From positions 80,179,488-80,243,487 of the forward strand of contig NC_068984.1 in assembly GCF_001194135.2 (NCBI RefSeq): DNA of 64,000 nucleotides, read 5' to 3'. Positions within the stretch are counted from its first letter, which is position 1. The number at the start of each line of letters is the position of its first letter. Source of the DNA: Octopus bimaculoides (lineage: Eukaryota). This document shows, one piece after another, positions 50,231 to 63,636 of this stretch. Under the pieces are notes generated by a model. The model worked only from the letters and a program-made list of their open reading frames with translations. It had not been told where the DNA came from and did no database searches. The translations under genes were made by a program, and so were the position numbers.

Positions 50231-50865
50231 ATTGTTGAACTTCATCGTGGAAAGGCATGTCTGGGAGTACTTTCTAGATGAATTTAGGAAAATAACATTT
50301 TTTCCATTTGGTCTGAATAGAATGCCCTAATAAGGAGCAATTGCCTAGAATTGAATTGCTCTATTCAGCTGAAACTCCAATTTTCATATTCAAATGCACA
50401 AATTTACAAATAATCACAATTTTTATAGATGATGAAGGTAGTCAGTCAAGATATATAATATATCCAAACTGGAAGTGATAATAATATAATAATGTAATAT
50501 AATTTTGCTCATTATCTCCTTTATGTTTTTTAACAGCACACCACTATCATATAATTTAGCATATGACTCCTCTCGGGGTTTTAAATTCTTTGCCACCTGC
50601 TTTTTAGGGTTAGTATGGATCCTTTTGTGAACAAAAGTAGTTTTTTCATGCTAGCATGGGTCATATGAATATATTCATGATGCATTGTTTCGTAGATAGA
50701 GGCCTGTCCAATTGTAAACCCTTAAGTGTTAGGGTCACTTGTTTCACACGTCTTCAAAGTGAAAAACCAATGTACAACACATTGATAAGTGAAATGACAT
50801 TATCACCATGTATACCTGAGCAATTTTTGGAGAAGCACAAATATAAACAACACACACATTCTCAT

Positions 50866-50905
<40 letters not shown>

Positions 50906-51866
50906 GCAGCACACATACACACATATGTGCACATTTACATACATGCACACAAACACATAATTTATACACCAACATATTTACACGATTGTCTTGTTTCAGT
51001 TTCTGTCTACCAAATCCATATATGTATGTATACATGTATGTATGTATGTTTGTATGTATGTATGTATTTATGTATATAAAATAATAATAATGATAATAAT
51101 AATAGCTTGGCTCATAAAGAGTCTCATTGTGAACATCTGATAAGGTAGATGTGTTAGTTTGTGAATGTATGTATGTAGAAAATATGTTGTAATATATGTA
51201 ATATATGTATATATATGCACACACACACACACACATGTTTTACATGAGATAAACATTAACTGACATGGAATTCAATACCTTTTGGAAGTATGAACAGATA
51301 TATTTATGAAAATGACAAAATGAGTCTGTACAAGTCTCTCCCTTTATTAATCATTGCATCACAATCAGTCAAAGCAAGACTCATGTAGACTGTCACCTTT
51401 TTTTATTGATTTTGATATGTGGACCATCTCCCTTCTCACTCTTCTTGTCAAGATACACACACACACATAATATATATGTGTGTATGCATGTGTGTGTGCT
51501 ACCATTTATACTGTGTGTGCTACCCATTTATACTGTCCATATAAACATGAAATAGCACTAACTGAAATGTTTTGTGTCAGAGAAACATTTCAAAAAGACT
51601 TGCAATATACGCGCACACACACACACACACACACACATATAAGTGATAGTTTTATGTTCAGGTATACAACTTGCTATATACCAATGCACCACAACTATTT
51701 CTACAGCATTTCACCTGCAAGTCACCAGTACACAATGGGTCGAAGTGATCAGAGTGAATAATAAAGAGTCTCGTGAATTTCATCTTCTTTCTCTCACTTT
51801 TACACACACACACACAATATATATATATACATACACATATACACACACACTTGTATATACACACAT

Positions 51867-51931
<65 letters not shown>

Positions 51932-52699
51932 TATACATATGTATATACACACACATACACACCGACACTCATATGTGAGTATATATGTGTATGCATGTGG
52001 TGATTAAATTTTCCTTGTGGTTCTACCATCTCATTCTTTTGGAGTAATTATGAGTATATTTTCCCCTTTTATGTCTCATTACTAAATAGTAATATGTTAC
52101 TCTTGACAGTCCTGTTTTGCATAATTATGTCATAACTATACGAATGAAAATATTAAGTGACTTCTTTCATAATTCTTCACAGTAATGGTAAGGTCTGTTT
52201 TCAAAGTTTTTCAACACACATAATATTTTCCTTATCTTTCTCATTACCATTTCCTGCTGCTTGTTTAGAAAGTTATTAATAATTATTCTATATAATAAAT
52301 TATTCTTTTCGCTATTCTCATATTTCTATTTTGTATTTCAGTAATTCATTGCTTAACGATTTTGTTTTTTGTTGTTTGTTAAATGTCTATTAGGGTTGCT
52401 TTGTTTCTTTTTAAATGTCATATTAATTTTAGTGGATTTATTGAAGTGTAGCATTGACCAAAGTTGAGTGTGTATGTGTGTGTGTGGCATGAGATGTTAG
52501 AATTCTTGCTTGGTGGGTGAGTTGTCAGTTCAGAGTCCATTGCTGGTGTTATACTGCTCTGTGGACAAAGGTACAAGATAGATAGAGAATGAGAAAGACA
52601 GAGAAACAAAAGAAAAGACAGGCAGAGGTAAATGGACAGAGATAGAAAGGCAGATGAGTAGAGTGAGAAAGAGAGGTGGGTACATAAGCGTACCTTTTA

Positions 52700-53140
52700 T
52701 CTTTTCTCTTTTACTTTTTACTTGTTTCAGTCATTAGGTTATGGCCATGCTGGGGCACTGCCTTCAAGAATTTTAGTTGAATGTATTAACCCCAGTTCTT
52801 TATTGTTTTTTTTTTTAGCTTGGTACTTATTTTATTGTTTTCTTTTGCCAAACTGCTAAGTGACAGGGAAGTAAACACAACAACACTGGTTGTCAAGCGG
52901 TGATGGAGGGGAGAAACAAACAGATATAAAGACACACACACATAGATATATCCACACACACACACACAAATATATATATAGGCTTCTTTCAGTTTCCATC
53001 TACCAAATCCACTCACAAGGCTTTGGTTGGCCTGAGACTATAGTAGAAGACACTTGTCCAAGGTGCCATGCAGTATGACTGAACCCAGAACCATGTGGTT
53101 GGGAAGCAAGCATCTTACCACACAGCCACACCTGTGCCTA
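52700..53140 (-). mobile_element. SINE family A copy
   Basis: Full family A motif order on the minus strand. Confidence 0.85.
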
Positions 53141-53334
53141 CATATATTTTTATTTGTATACATAGAATGTGATAGTTGCATAAAAGGTTTGAAACTGGTA
53201 GGGGAAAACCTTTTGTTTTCTCATTGGAGACTTAAATGCAAATAAAAATTTTATTCTATATTCCAATGTACCAAATCCTTCAATGTTTTACTTGGCTTTT
53301 TAATCTCTTGCCTTTCATCAAGAGTCATGTGTAT

Positions 53335-53495
53335 ATCATCATCATCATCATCATCGTTTAACGTCCGCTTTCCATGCTAGCATGGGTTGGACGATTTGAC
53401 TGAGGACTGGTGAAACCGGATGGCAACACCAGGCTCCAGTCTGATTTGGCAGAGTTTCTACAGCTGGATGCCCTTCCTAACGCCAACCACTCAAA
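53335..53495 (-). mobile_element. Family B 3' fragment
   Basis: Identical to 14180-14318 over 139 bp. Confidence 0.9.
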
Positions 53496-53577
53496 GACGA
53501 CATATGAGTGTTCAGCTTTTGGTGAACAGCTTGCATAGATCATTTGTTTATAGTAATCAAACATATGTGCTATACAT

Positions 53578-53623
<46 letters not shown>

Positions 53624-53643
53624 CTCCCTCTCTCTTTTTCTCC

Positions 53644-53692
<49 letters not shown>

Positions 53693-53927
53693 AAATGTTG
53701 CCTGAACAAGTGCATGGTGTACCATGTATCAGGTGTCAAAGTGATTGCAAAGCAATGTGAAATGAAGTGTTTTGCCCAAGAGCACAATGTACCATCTGGT
53801 CTTGGAATTGAAACCATGATCTTGTGATCATGAGTGCAACATTTTAACCATTAGGCCACACACTCTCACTCATCTGTGTGTGTGCATGTTTGTGTTTGTT
53901 TGTGTGTGTGTGTTTGTATTTGTGTGT

Positions 53928-54440
53928 GTGATGTGTATGGATGAGGACAGTTGTGCAAAGAAGTTCCAAGCTCTAATTGTGGAGGGTGCCTGTGGAAGGT
54001 GTAGACTCAGGGAGACATGGGATGAAGTGGTGAGAAAGGATCTTCAGATGCTGGGCCTCACTGAGGAAATGACAAGGTAGATCACAATATGTGGTGATTT
54101 GCTGTACTTGAAAAGATGCAGTCAAGCTTAGTAAAATTGCTGTCTTCCACATGTACAGGCTTGTTCTTTCAGGTACTGGTACCACTTAAAATGCACCCAC
54201 ACTGGTGCTGTCAAAACACATTTGTGCCTGTGCTGTGTCAATGCACCTGTGCTAGTGGCACATAGAAAGCACCCAGTGCACTCTGTTAAGTGGTTGGTGT
54301 TAGGAAGGGCATCCAGCTGTAGAAACCATGCCACTACAGACAATTGGAATGTGGACAGCTCCCAGCTGGCCAGCTCCATATCAAACCTTCCAACCCATGC
54401 CAGCATCTAAAACGGATGTTAAACGATGATGATGATGATG
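53928..54440 (+). mobile_element. RTE-type LINE 3' end: ORF tail continuous with the family B 3' UTR
   Basis: MDEDSCAKKFQALIVEGACGRCRLRETWDEVVRKDLQMLGLTEEMTR, then short tandem units, B tail and (GAT)n with no visible junction. Confidence 0.85.
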
Positions 54441-54499
54441 TTGATATATGATGACTGCTCCATCTGCACGAGATGATTGCTGTCTCCTTGTGTTATGTA

Positions 54500-55304
54500 T
54501 GTCACTACTTCAACATGGCTGTTCTGTATGAACCAACGTTACTATCATTTTTTTAACCCCAAGAGAATGCCTCCTCTAGCTGGTTATTGATGCAATAGTT
54601 ACTGCTTCCATCTCTTATAGAGATTTTGTTGTCAAGGGCATTTCTGACTTTCTATCCATGACCTCTCAGATGACTCCTCAGTCCCACTGTTGATCTGCAT
54701 GGATCATAGGTGAGATATAGAAGTTGTAACCTTCAGTGCACTTGCAACAGTATAAGTCTGTACATGTCACCACTTTTCCATTGTCATAGGACTTTCAGTA
54801 AATACAACGACAATCAAGTTCACCACAAAGCAACATCTGCATGTCATTGGATTTATAGTGATAAACACTTGTACAACATGAGTGCCACTCTCTGAATCTC
54901 CATGCTTAGTACCTAGTGACAGGCCAAAGTGAGATATATCCGATCAGTAATCTTGCGAAACCATGGCTTTTACATCAGTCTCCCATTCCTACAAGGATGC
55001 TATGAGAACAGCTAGTTCTTTATTCCTGGTGGTTCTGTTGCATGCCTGACACCAGCCAAGGGTATTTCTACATCCCAGTACTCAGATGGACTGTTATCAT
55101 ATATGATAGACGGGACCCAGACAGATGTTAATATTCCAGGTCAGAGTGACTCTGGGAACAATAGTGTCTAAGAGGTGGTTCGACAATTCTCAAAACTATG
55201 GAACTCCTGAACCAGAGTCCCACTATTAGATGTAGTTTAAAGTCATAACTAAGTCATATATGCATGCACAGATACACATGCACATACAAACACATACACA
55301 TACA

Positions 55305-55359
<55 letters not shown>

Positions 55360-55623
55360 CAACTAACATATTTTCATGATTTACCATGCCAGTTTTGAAA
55401 CAAATCAGATGAAGATGTAATACATTAGCACTTAGTATTGATCAAAATACATGGAGGAGATGGGCTTCACTTTCATTGAACAACTTCCTATTTAGAAAAT
55501 CTCTATAAGAGATGAAAGCAGTAACTATTGCATCAATAACCAGCTAGAGGAGGCATTCTCTTGGGGTTAAAAAAATGGTAGTAACATTGGTTCATACAGA
55601 ACAGCCATGTTGAAGTAGTGACA
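54500..55623. repeat. 128-bp inverted repeat pair (54500-54627 / 55496-55623)
   Basis: Three mismatches counted by eye; spacer of about 870 bp. Confidence 0.95.
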
Positions 55624-55695
55624 AACCTAACTTCATATTTATTTATTATTATCTTTAAAACTACCATTATATGTGTGTGCCCACATGTGTGTCGG

Positions 55696-55745
<50 letters not shown>

Positions 55746-56526
55746 CCAGTAAAGTCTACCTTGCATTGAGCTACAGTAACAGAAACCACTCTACTGAAAC
55801 CACTCACCAGGCTTTGGTCAACCCAGGGCAATAGTAGAAGAAACTTGCCTAAGATGTCACACATGGCTTGGAAGAAAACTTCTCACCACACTTCTTACCA
55901 ACTTCTTACCACACAGGCACAGTTATGCCTGCACCTCTAAATTGGCTACTTTATTTTTGAAATCAGCAATGCCATCATCCGACGATATATTTTCCTTCTC
56001 CTAATCACTTTATATTCTGATAATCATCAATCAATAACATCGTAAACAAATCTGTTCTTACTTAAAGATAATAATATCACTTCAACACCTTCATTGTCAT
56101 GCTCTATTTAAGTGTTTTAAGTAAATCATAATTACGAATAAAATAATAACAGTTTTATTAACAAGAAATAAAACAACCATTTATCATTCTATTAAAGATA
56201 TAATTTTCTTAATCATTATGATAGACACTGGCATGGCTATGTGGTAAGAAGTTTGCTTTCCAACCACATGGTTTTGGGTTCAGACCCACTGTATGACATG
56301 TTGGATAAGTGTCTTCTACTATAGAAGTTTAGAGGGTAGGGTTAGTCAATTTAATGGACCACAGTACTTGACTGGTATTTTATTTTATTAATCCTACGAT
56401 GAAAGTTAAAACTTACCCCAGCTGGATTTGAACTCAGAATGTAAAGAGCTGGAAGAAATACCTCGACACATTTTGTTCCAACACTAAGGATTCAGCTTAA
56501 CAACAACAATAATAATATTTTCTTAC

Positions 56527-56820
56527 TATTATATTTCAGGAAGGTCTTTTTATTTCTGCTAAATAAATACATGTACTATAGGTTCATTCTTCACTTTGTC
56601 TGAAAATCTTTTGTCACACATCTGTGACCTCTTCAGTGACTCTCCATCTCATGTGTCTCCTCTTGTTCTGTTTAGTCCAGTTTGTCTTTCTAGAAAGATT
56701 TCCAGACAAAGGATATAAAATAAGAACAATAATAAATCTGAAGTGAAGAACAAATATATTGTGTGTATGTTTATTTGGCGAAAAAAAAAAATGGCTATCC
56801 CAAAATATAACAATATCTGT
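56527..56820. mobile_element. MITE family M copy, left arm partly deleted
   Basis: gctaaataaatacatgtactata..gtctgaaaatcttt / aaagatttccagac..aagtgaagaacaaatatattgtgtgtatgtttatttggcg. Confidence 0.8.
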
Positions 56821-57954
56821 TTCAACTCACGTTCTCACAGCACGAATCTGGCAAAAAATATTACATAAACATAGAATTCTCTCTAATTTTGAAACAAAAC
56901 CAGTAACTGTGAGAGGTGGGGGAGTTAATTACATCCCCCCCTGTGCTCATTGGTACATATTTTATTGACATCAAAGAAACAAAAGGCAAAGTTGACATCT
57001 GTGGCATTTGAACTCAGAAAATAAAGACAGGTGTAATGCTTCTGAGCATTTTGTCCAACATGCTAATGATTCTGTCAGCTGGCTGCATTATTAACAACTA
57101 ACTGGTCCCCTGCCATCAAAAATGACAGCTAATTATGGTATTTTATATATAAATAATATACAAAACCATTTTTTTTTTGCTTAATAATTCTTTTATTACC
57201 AAATGTTTTGTGAAAAATCTCTCTGCAACTAATATCTCTTGACTGCTTGTTTTCTTCGAAAGAATTTTAAAGTTTTCCTTCCTTGTACAACTTAAGGCCA
57301 CATAAAGCTGGCTGTGACTAAATACGGGATAGAATATGGATGGTAAATTAAATTAATACACTTGTCACTGTTATCTAGTGGTTGTCTTTTGAGATGTGAC
57401 TTTGATCATCGTTTGTTACTGAAAGAACGCTGGTTCACACATGCAAACATTCATATACTTCCCTTGTACACGTACACACATACACTCACACAGAGTTGAA
57501 ACACTGTTTGATTTTTCTTTTCAGCATTGAATGTACACCATTCCACTTCCATTGCACACACACACTAGCATTCACATACCTCCCTTTTACATACATACAC
57601 ATATACTCTCACAGAGTTGAAACGATGCTTGATTTGTTATTCACTGTAGAGTTTCCATCATCCCACTACCAAGTTTGCCATCACCCCTTCCTTCCTTATT
57701 CATCTATTATCTCTTCCTTTCTCATTTATATGTTGTGACAGAGAAAAATACAACAGTATTATTATAGTAGATAATAAAAGTGATATTCAGATTTTGGCAC
57801 AAGGCCAGCAATTTCGATGAATTTTAGGGGAAGATGGATGAAATGCTGCCAAGCATTTTGACTGGTACACTAATGATTCTGCCTGCTCATTTTTTTAAAT
57901 TAAGAATTGGGAATTTAGAATTTGAAATTTAAATCTGAAATCGAAGTCAAACTG

Positions 57955-58560
57955 AATCCGACGACTGGCACCCATGCCAAGCTCTCCTTCATTGGACATT
58001 AAACTCTGCTTGCGAAGACCTGTCAGGGCAAGTGAAATCGAAATTGAACCATACTCGATGACTGGTCACCACACCAGTGGAGCCACTAACAGCACTGTTG
58101 AGCGTGTTCATTGCCAGAGCAGCTGTCTGGCTTCTGTACTAGCGGCTGTAAATAGCACCATTAGAGCGTAATCGTTACCAGTGTTGCCTTCTAGCACTTG
58201 TGCTGGTGGCACATTAGAAAATCATTTGAGCGAAGTTGTTGCCATTGCTGCTGGTGGCACGTAAAAAACACCTTTTGAGCGTGGCCGTTGCTAGTCCTTT
58301 GTGACTGGCCCTCATGCCGGTGGCACGTAAAAGCACTCACTACACTCTCGGAGTGGTTGGCGTTAGGAAGGGCATCTCGCTGTAGAAACTCTGCCAGATC
58401 AGATTGGAGCCTGGTGCAGTTTTCTGGCTTGCCAGTTGTCNNNNNNNNNNGATTGGAGCCTGGTGCAGTTTTCTGGCTTGCCAGTTGTCAGTCAAATCGT
58501 CCAACCTATGCTAGCATGGAAAGCGGACATTAAACGATGCTGATGATGATGATGATAATA
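57955..58560 (+). mobile_element. Long family B element with several ~62-bp subunits
   Basis: 5' block as at 37970; repeated tttgagcg..gccagt..ggtggcac..aaaa units; B tail. Confidence 0.9.
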
Positions 58561-59299
58561 ATAATAGGGATATTCGAATTTTGGTGCATGGCCAGCAATT
58601 TCGATGACATTGACCCCAGTACTGAACTGGTACTTATTTTATTGACCCCAGCATGCTAACAATTCTGCCAGCTTTCTGCTTTATCAACACTAATAATGAT
58701 AATGGTGACTTCTAACATAAGCACAAAGGCTGCAGTAAATGTTCCAAGGTGGATAGGACATTCATTTAAATAAATTCCAGTATTTGACTGGTACTTTATC
58801 TTTATTGTCTTTATTCTCATATTTTTTTATGTCTTCAACTGGGGTTTGATCCCTGCATTGCAGAACATTGATATAGTTGTCAACTTCCATTTACTTTGAT
58901 GCCATAAAAGAAAATCTCTCTCTCTCTCTCGCTCTCGTGTTTTATGAAATGTATCTCCCTTCCTTCAAATAACTCGATACTACTCCAACAGCGATGTTGG
59001 TGGAGGATTGTCAAGGAAAAGAAGTGTTCAGCTTTTTATTTGCTCAGAGTTACAATATTTTGCATTGATGGCATGATGGCATGCAAACTGACAACTTTAT
59101 GGCCAAGAGGCCGACAACCTATCTGTTAAGCCAGTGTGGTTTCTCACAAGACTTACATTTCTACTTATTCATAGAAACAGTTCTTCACACATCCATATGC
59201 TGCTTGTTAAACATCTGTGTCAGTAGAGTGAAGATATTAAATGCCTTCTTACATCACAATCAATAAACGACTTATTTTCTGTCTCTAAGAGCCTGTGCT

Positions 59300-59418
59300 T
59301 ATATGTATGTATCTGTGGATGAGTGTATGTGTCTGTGTGCATGAATATATTTATATGCACATTTTTAAAGATGTTTATTAAAATGTATGTGTGAGGGCAT
59401 GTATGTGCATATACATAC

Positions 59419-59460
<42 letters not shown>

Positions 59461-59753
59461 ATTTTTTAATGTGTGTGTGTGTATGCATATGTGTGTGCAT
59501 GTACATTCATGCATGCTCTTGTGAATATACACACATATATTGTAACTTCCAGACATGCTTGTGAGTTTCTGAATGCAAAAAAATTTACTTTAGTAAACAT
59601 CTACATATATGTATATTCACTAAGAAATAACTGCATCAGGGTATGTATGTATATGTGCATGCATGCATGTGTGTGTGTGTGTATGTATCTGTGTATATGA
59701 GCGTGTGTGCAGGTGTGTGTATATATGTATATATATGTGCATATATGTGTATG

Positions 59754-59794
<41 letters not shown>

Positions 59795-59913
59795 GTTTCT
59801 GTAAATTTGAACTATATATTTATATATATGTGTGTGTATCTGTGTGTGCATGTACATATATATATATATATATATATATCGATATATGTGTATATGTATG
59901 TATAGATAGATAA

Positions 59914-59968
<55 letters not shown>

Positions 59969-60180
59969 CACACATATATAGAGATATACACACACACACA
60001 CACACACACACACGTATATATATGTATCTATGTATGTGCATTTGCATGAGTGTGTGTGTATATGGGTGTTTATACATGAATGCATATATGTGAGCAATTT
60101 TTATGCATGTTACATATATATATATATATACATACATACCCGACTCTGTGTGTGTGCATGTGTGTGTGTGCATGTGTGGG
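59300..60180. repeat. Extended compound microsatellite field: (GT)n, (AT)n, (GATA)n, (CA)n
   Basis: Direct reading; explains about ten spurious ORFs. Confidence 0.95.
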
Positions 60181-60444
60181 TGTACCTGATAAACAATGGC
60201 ACCAACATAAGTGAATAGAATATACAGCAACTACAGCAGCAGCAGCATTATTATCAACATCTTCACCAACAATGGCAAAAGTAGCTGCAATGGCAGCAAA
60301 AACACTAAAACTCTAATCACAAACAAGAAACACAAACAACCATTTTTGGCGATAAATTCAGTTAGACAAGCAAATCGGTATCTAAGTGTTTTGGAAGTCC
60401 AAAATAGATTTTTGCTGCTCACATATATATAGATTTTGAAATAG

Positions 60445-60545
60445 TAAACCTTCAAGCAAGCATTATTGTGTTTGTCTTGGAGATTCAAAAGACTATATGA
60501 CAGTCTCTGCTAAAATTTGTGCAGCCGTGTGGAACAAGTGGAACT
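60445..60545 (+). CDS. Weak candidate exon (KPSSKHYCVCLGDSKDYMTVSAKICAAVWNKWN)
   Basis: gaaatag|T acceptor and ACT|gtaagc donor; one open frame, phase 2 to 1; unique sequence between microsatellites. Confidence 0.2.
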
Positions 60546-60738
60546 GTAAGCTAAACCAAATAAATGGTTCCTGAAGATATGCTTCTTTATGATTCTATAT
60601 GTATAACACACACACACACACACACACACACTTATATATATATATATACATATAGATATGTATATATGAATATGTGCACATATATATAAAAGTGTGTGTA
60701 TGTATACATATATACATACATATACATACATACATACA

Positions 60739-60777
<39 letters not shown>

Positions 60778-62902
60778 ATATATAAGATCATTATCATTGT
60801 TTTTTTAATATCCACTTTTCTNNNNNNNNNNNNNNNNNNNNNNNNNNNNNNNNNNNNNNNNNNNNNNNNNNNNNNNNNNNNNNNNNNNNNNNNNNNNNNN
60901 NNNNNNNNNNNNNNNNNNNNNNNNNNNNNNNNNNNNNNNNNNNNNNNNNNNNNNNNNNNNNNNNNNNNNNNNNNNNNNNNNNNNNNNNNNNNNNNNNNNN
61001 NNNNNNNNNNNNNNNNNNNNNNNNNNNNNNNNNNNNNNNNNNNNNNNNNNNNNNNNNNNNNNNNNNNNNNNNNNNNNNNNNNNNNNNNNNNNNNNNNNNN
61101 NNNNNNNNNNNNNNNNNNNNNNNNNNNNNNNNNNNNNNNNNNNNNNNNNNNNNNNNNNNNNNNNNNNNNNNNNNNNNNNNNNNNNNNNNNNNNNNNNNNN
61201 NNNNNNNNNNNNNNNNNNNNNNNNNNNNNNNNNNNNNNNNNNNNNNNNNNNNNNNNNNNNNNNNNNNNNNNNNNNTGTTGTTTTTTAATTTTGCAATAGA
61301 TTTATTCAAATACCAAACCAGTTTCAACAATTTTCAGGTGCATTTTCAAACACTCAAGTATATTCTCCTATATTTTTTCCTGCATGGAAATACACTTCTT
61401 CTTTCCATATAAATATATATATATACATGCACAGCATGCTTCTTTCTAGCAAGTCCATCGACAACACTTTGTTCATTTCAGAGATATAGCAGATACCACT
61501 TTCCCAAGATACTGCAGAGTGGGTTTGAACCTTCCAAACCACAGGTTTGGAAGCCAGCTTCTCCGCCATGCAGCTATGCCTGTGTGTGTCTGTGAGTGTG
61601 GTGTGGTGTGTATTTGTACACACACACATGTATATGTATTCATACGTATGATATATTGTTAATGCCATAAGAATTTAGAATCTTCATGAGCAGAATTCTT
61701 TTTTGGAACAGTGTACCTAAAAGCAGATAAAGCTATAAATAATCCTTTCTATTAAAAGCACAAGGCCTGAAATTTTGGGAAGGGGACTTGTCAATTACAT
61801 TGATCTCAGTGTTTCACTGGTCCTTAATTTAACGACCTCGAAAGAATGAAAAGCAAAGTCAACCTCGACAGAACTTGAATTCTGAACATAAAGACTGACT
61901 AAATGCCACTAAGAATTTTTCCCAAGGTGCTAATGATTGTGCCAGCTCACCACCTTAAAACTGTAGACAATGGTGTGTAAATATTGGGTTAAGTATATAT
62001 GGCTAGTCACAGTTATATGTTGTTCCATTTATGCTGTGATAAATAAAAGATTAGTTTCGAATTAAAGAACAAAAAGTATATCAGGAAAACCATTTTTAAA
62101 AAATGTGTTCACTTTATTTACCCAAGTCAATATTCTGGATGTACTTTTCTTGAAAATTAACTACAAAAAAAAATAAAAAAAAATATATATATATATATAT
62201 ATCTGCACNNNNNNNNNNNNNNNNNNNNNNNNNNNNNNNNNNNNNNNNNNNNNNNNNNNNNNNNNNNNNNNNNNNNNNNNNNNNNNNNNNNNNNNNNNNN
62301 NNNNNNNNNNNNNNNNNNNNNNNNNNNNNNNNNNNNNNNNNNNNNNNNNNNNNNNATATATATATAAAAATATATATATATATTTGTGTGTGTGTGGATA
62401 TATATACACGCACATTCAAAAATGTATATATGTATATGTATATGTATACACACATACATATATATACATACATACACACACCCACATATATATACACATG
62501 CACGTTACATGCACACACACACACATACATATATAGAGAGAGATTTCTAGTTTGCTTTATATGTTTCTTGTTTCCTATATATAACTGGTTGGTACCTAGA
62601 ATTTCTCTGAAATTTTTAACTAATAAATTTAATACCATAAAGAATCCAAGCCATCTTTTTTTTTTCCCCCTCCTCTACAAAATCTTACCTCAAAAACACT
62701 CCTATTGTTCATTTTACTAGTTCCATTATTTGTTGTTTTCAATGAGTTATATTACAGAATCTTAAAAACAGACAAAATTAGCATTCTGTTGTTCCGCATT
62801 GAATTAGTGAAATTTTCTCAATTGAGTTAGTGAAATATTCTAAACTGTTCCAGCTGTAATCAAAACTGGGGTAGCACTCAAATCCCAAAATTCTTCACTC
62901 AG

Positions 62903-62985
62903 CAGCTGCTACTTCTTTTTGTCGATCAGGAAACATTGACAGCAACAATGCTTACCACTTCTATAATTTGCCAGAGGGGCAATGG
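62903..62985 (+). CDS. Weak candidate exon (AATSFCRSGNIDSNNAYHFYNLPEGQW)
   Basis: ttcttcactcag|C acceptor and TGG|gtgaac donor; the phase-1 start is compatible with the 60445 candidate. Confidence 0.15.
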
Positions 62986-63636
62986 GTGAACAGACAACAA
63001 TGATGGATTGTTTTTCTTTTATTACGATAATTGTTTTATATCGTTCACTATTTTAGAAAATACTCTAAAGAATTTTTTCATAGAATCTGTTGTCATCTAT
63101 TTTCTGTATCATATTGAGAAAAAATAATTGCACAGCATATACAAAAAAATGATTGTANNNNNNNNNNNNNNNNNNNNNNNNNNNNNNNNNNNNNNNNNNN
63201 NNNNNNNNNNNNNNNNNNNNNNNNNNNNNNNNNNNNNNNNNNNNNNNNNNNNNNNNNNNNNNNNNNNNNNNNNNNNNNNNNNNNNNNNNNNNNNNNNNNN
63301 NNNNNNNNNNNNNNNNNNNNNNNNNNNNNNNNNNNNNNNNNNNNNNNNNNNNNNNNNNNNNNNNNNNNNNNNNNNNNNNNNNNNNNNNNNNNNNNNNNNN
63401 NNNNNNNNNNNNNNNNNNNNNNNNNNNNNNNNNNNNNNNNNNNNNNNNNNNNNNNNNNNNNNNNNNNNNNNNNNNNNNNNNNNNNNNNNNNNNNNNNNNN
63501 NNNNNNNNNNNNNNNNNNNNNNNNNNNNNNNNNNNNNNNNNNNNTATGTATATACATATATACGTATATATATGTATATACATACATATATATGAATATA
63601 CATATATATATGTATATATATACATATATGTATATA

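Noticed and set aside
58402-58489. 39-bp direct repeat across a 10-N gap
   Set aside because: The same assembly-overlap artefact.
58944-59266. Overlapping ORFs in unique-looking sequence
   Set aside because: No coherent splice sites with an open frame on either strand, and no recognisable motif.
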